Program-made: the position numbers and the translations under genes | Assembly: GCA_040905545.1 (NCBI GenBank) | Contig: JBBDRI010000032.1 | Location: 89,230-121,229 of the forward strand | Length of the DNA: 32,000 nucleotides | Direction: 5' to 3' | From: Gemmatimonadota bacterium | Lineage (GTDB): Bacteria; Gemmatimonadota; Gemmatimonadetes; Longimicrobiales; Gaopeijiaceae | Notes under the pieces: model-generated | Seen by the model: only the letters and a program-made list of their open reading frames with translations | Databases searched by the model: none | Told to the model about the DNA's origin: nothing | Shown: in pieces, positions 29,542 through 32,000 of the stretch | Layout of the letters: every line of letters begins with the position of its first letter | Position numbering within the stretch: position 1 is the first letter of the stretch

Positions 29542-31379
29542 GACCTGCGAGCGGGAGACATTTGTTGCGAATCAATACTAAGGGCGCCCTTGCGCTCTTC
29601 CTGCCAGTGGCCATTGCCGCGTGCCACATCGTTGGGCAGTCCGTGAGCGACGGCGAGGACCTCGCCGCCGTGGGCAGCCTTGCCCTCAAGCACGCATCCG
29701 TCGTCTCGTTGACGGGGGACTCCGTACTCCGAGACTGGACGCTCGTTCTTGCGGACGGCGAGATTGTCGCGCTCGGGCCGACGGGTTCGGTCCCGATACC
29801 TAGAGGAGCTCAGGTCCGCGACTTGGACGGACGCTACGTCGTTCCAGGCCTAATCGATGCGCATGTTCATCTGAGGGAACCTGCACTGAGCCTGGCGTTG
29901 TTTCCTTCGTACGGTGTCACAACAGTGGTGAACCTTCAGGGTGAAGCGTCACACCTCGCCCTGCGGGATTCGATCCTCGCGCACGGGATCTTCGCCCCCC
30001 GCATCCTGTCTTCTGGCCCATTCATCGACCGGGTTGTGAAGTCGCCTGCGGAGGCGAGGCAGGAGGTCCGGCGCCAGCACGGCGCGGGCTTCGATCTGAT
30101 CAAGATCCATGGAGTGATGGAGGAGCGCACGTTCGCGGCCACCATCGAGGAAGCACGCCGATTGGGCCTGCCGGTAATCGGCCATCACCCGAGGAATCTC
30201 GAGACCGGCACGGTGCTCGAGGGGCTCGACGCACTCGCTCACGCCGAGGAGCTCCTCCGATCATCTCTTCTCGATCAGCCGCGTGGACTCGCATCGGACT
30301 CGGTGGACGTGTTAGCCCGCACCGTGGTCGAGTCCAACACCAGACTGATTACGACACTCGGGTTCTTTACGGGCATGCGGGATCAGGCGACCGACCATTT
30401 CTACCAGATGATCAGCCAGCCCGAGTTGGCCTATGTGTCGCCCGAGCGTCGCAGGGAGTGGCTCTACGACGGACACCGTGAGTACATCCCCCGCTCCGAG
30501 CTTCCCTGGTACGACACGGCCGTCGTCATCCTCCACAGGGTCACCGGTGCAATCCACAAGCGAGGCGGTGTGATCATCGCGGGTACGGACACTCCTCTCG
30601 AGTTTACGATCCCCGGAATATCACTTCATCGGGAGCTGCAGCATCTGGTCGCCGCCGGGCTCACGCCGCTCGAGGCGTTGCGCGCGGCAACCGTTTCATC
30701 AGCCGACCTGCTGGGAGCCCCGGCGCTGGGAAGAATAGAAGTCGGCGCGTCGGCGGACCTCCTCATCCTCAGCCAGGATCCCACCCATTCGTTGGCCGCG
30801 CTTGACGAACTGGAGGCGGTGATCTTGCGAGGAATGTGGATTCCGAGGACTGAGCTGGAGCGGAGACTCAATCACGTCGCAGCGGCCTATGCGCGGGAGG
30901 ATGTCGCGTGGGCTGCTGGTCAACGGATCCAGGATGCCGTCATGGATCTGCTTCATAGCGAGGGGATACCGGCAGCGTTTTCCGAGATTCAGCGTATATC
31001 CGAGATTCCGGGCGTCCCCCCGATGACCGAACGTGACCTTAACACGATCGGCTATCGGCTACTCGCCAATTCGGCGATCAACAGGGCGATCGAAGTGTTC
31101 CAGCTCAATGCACGGCTCCACCCAGGTTCCGCGAACGTGTACGACAGCCTCGGTGAAGCGTTGCTAACGGCGGATCGCCTCGACGAAGCGGAGACGAACT
31201 ATCGTCGTGCCTTGGAACTCGACTCTACCATGGATTCGGCCCGACGCGGTTTGCGAACGATCGCGGAAAGACGTTGTGACGCAGAAGTTTGCCGGTGAGC
31301 GCAGGAGGTCGCGGTGGTCCTCTAACAGGCCGATGAACCTGCCGGTCGCCTTCGGCGCCCGCAGGTTATCGGCGAGGCG
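29536..31379 (+). mobile_element. Integron gene cassette 1 (amidohydrolase-TPR lipoprotein + attC)
   Basis: Bounded by G/TTAGA at 29535/29536 and G/TTAGAC at 31379/31380. Short leader (26 nt) before the ORF and 22 nt from stop to attC, as expected of a compact cassette. Confidence 0.75.
29562..31298 (+). CDS. Amidohydrolase (imidazolonepropionase-like) lipoprotein with C-terminal TPR-like domain
   Basis: Lipobox-like LPVAIAAC; VPGLIDAHVHLREP, IKIHG, GLPVIGHHPRN, AHAEE, GVIIAGTDTPLEF metal-ligand motifs; C-terminal HPGSANVYDSLGEALLTADRLDEAETNYRRALELDS. TTG start at 29562 with GGGAG upstream. Confidence 0.87.
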   Translation: MLRINTKGALALFLPVAIAACHIVGQSVSDGEDLAAVGSLALKHASVVSLTGDSVLRDWTLVLADGEIVALGPTGSVPIPRGAQVRDLDGRYVVPGLIDAHVHLREPALSLALFPSYGVTTVVNLQGEASHLALRDSILAHGIFAPRILSSGPFIDRVVKSPAEARQEVRRQHGAGFDLIKIHGVMEERTFAATIEEARRLGLPVIGHHPRNLETGTVLEGLDALAHAEELLRSSLLDQPRGLASDSVDVLARTVVESNTRLITTLGFFTGMRDQATDHFYQMISQPELAYVSPERRREWLYDGHREYIPRSELPWYDTAVVILHRVTGAIHKRGGVIIAGTDTPLEFTIPGISLHRELQHLVAAGLTPLEALRAATVSSADLLGAPALGRIEVGASADLLILSQDPTHSLAALDELEAVILRGMWIPRTELERRLNHVAAAYAREDVAWAAGQRIQDAVMDLLHSEGIPAAFSEIQRISEIPGVPPMTERDLNTIGYRLLANSAINRAIEVFQLNARLHPGSANVYDSLGEALLTADRLDEAETNYRRALELDSTMDSARRGLRTIAERRCDAEVCR

Positions 31380-31385
31380 TTAGAC
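31321..31385 (+). repeat. attC site (59-base element)
   Basis: TCTAAC (31321-31326) pairs with GTTAGA (31379-31384). Inner stem GCCGAT (31329-31334) + extrahelical G31335 + AACCTGC (31336-31342) pairs with GCAGGTT ATCGGC (31361-31373). Terminal hairpin CGCC-TTC-GGCG. R' matches GTTRRRY as GTTAGAC. Confidence 0.92.
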
Positions 31386-32000
31386 AGCGCGAAATCTGCC
31401 GAATGGATATAGGAAGGGCTTTGGCCGAGTTGGCGCACTGGATTTCGAAGTAGTACATCATCCGCGCAAGCCGGAACTTTAGGCCCTGGCGGAGTTCTTG
31501 TCCCCCCTTTTCGGTAGGAGGCGGTGATGCTGCTACGCACGACGGTCGTCGTTCTCTTAGCGGCAATGTTCGGAGCCTGCGGTGCTGCACCCGCGGCGGA
31601 TGACCTCAGGGAGGAGCTACGCACTTCGTCCGATCAATACTGGGCGGCAGTGGCTCGCCAGGATGCCGAGGAGGTTACGAGTTGGTGGCTCGAGGACGCC
31701 GTGGTGCTCGGCTCGGGAATCCACCTCGTGGGGCGAGCCGCACTGCAAGAGATGCTTGAGGGACTCTACCCGGCTTTGACGGTCCACAACATGGAAGTCT
31801 TGGATCGAAGCATCGACGCTGCTGGGAACCTTGGTATCGAAAGGGCGCGGTACCGCGAGGTGATCAGTCTTGGTGGGGGGCCACAGCAGACTGTAGACGG
31901 GTCCTATCTCGCTCACTGGCGCCGCGACTCGGAAGGTCAGTGGAGAATCAAGGCAATGGTACTCGCTACTGCCGGTGCTGACTCGCTTCACTCGCAGTAA
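31380..32000 (+). mobile_element. Integron gene cassette 2 (partial; its attC lies beyond the window)
   Basis: Begins with TTAGAC immediately after the attC cleavage point and carries one + strand ORF that ends exactly at the window edge. Confidence 0.65.
31527..32000 (+). CDS. DUF4440/SnoaL-like (NTF2 fold) lipoprotein
   Basis: Lipobox LLAAMFGACGAAP; LREELRTSSDQYWAAVARQDAEEVTSWWLEDAVVLGSGIHLVGRAALQEMLEGLYPALT...GSYLAHWRRDSEGQWRIKAMVLATA. aggagg RBS at 31516-31521; stop TAA at 31998-32000. GTG at 31524 is an alternative start. Confidence 0.85.
   Translation: MLLRTTVVVLLAAMFGACGAAPAADDLREELRTSSDQYWAAVARQDAEEVTSWWLEDAVVLGSGIHLVGRAALQEMLEGLYPALTVHNMEVLDRSIDAAGNLGIERARYREVISLGGGPQQTVDGSYLAHWRRDSEGQWRIKAMVLATAGADSLHSQ

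Noticed and set aside
31366-31590. 74-aa minus-strand ORF across the cassette 2 leader
   Set aside because: Overlaps the attC and the sense DUF4440 gene start; no support beyond being open. Could be a remnant of an inverted cassette but this cannot be shown here.

Overview
This is a GC-rich bacterial chromosomal window. Protein style (paralogous lipoproteins, CarboxypepD_reg/TonB receptor, choice-of-anchor B, HEAT-cyclophilin) suggests a Gemmatimonadota-like organism, but that is inference. Positions 1-28.2 kb look like ordinary chromosome: OmpA-like protein, GNAT, amidohydrolase, AAA/DUF234-type ATPase, type III glutamine synthetase, gamma-glutamyltransferase, MscS channel, amidase, DUF4399 lipoprotein, TonB receptor / cytochrome c / PQQ-dehydrogenase / DUF4403 / DoxX cluster, outer-membrane proteins, HEAT-repeat + cyclophilin fusion, MetY + CoA-binding protein, and a choice-of-anchor B protein. 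The most notable content is at the right edge (28.3-32.0 kb): a full-length integron integrase (IntI) followed on the same strand by a candidate attI, a ~1.84 kb gene cassette encoding a lipoprotein amidohydrolase-TPR fusion, a well-formed attC site (31321-31385) with an extrahelical G, and the start of a second cassette encoding a DUF4440/SnoaL-like lipoprotein. The integrase points toward the array instead of away from it, which is the uncommon 'reverse' integron layout. No CRISPR array, rRNA or tRNA was recognised. All family calls come from reading translated motifs; no database search was run.
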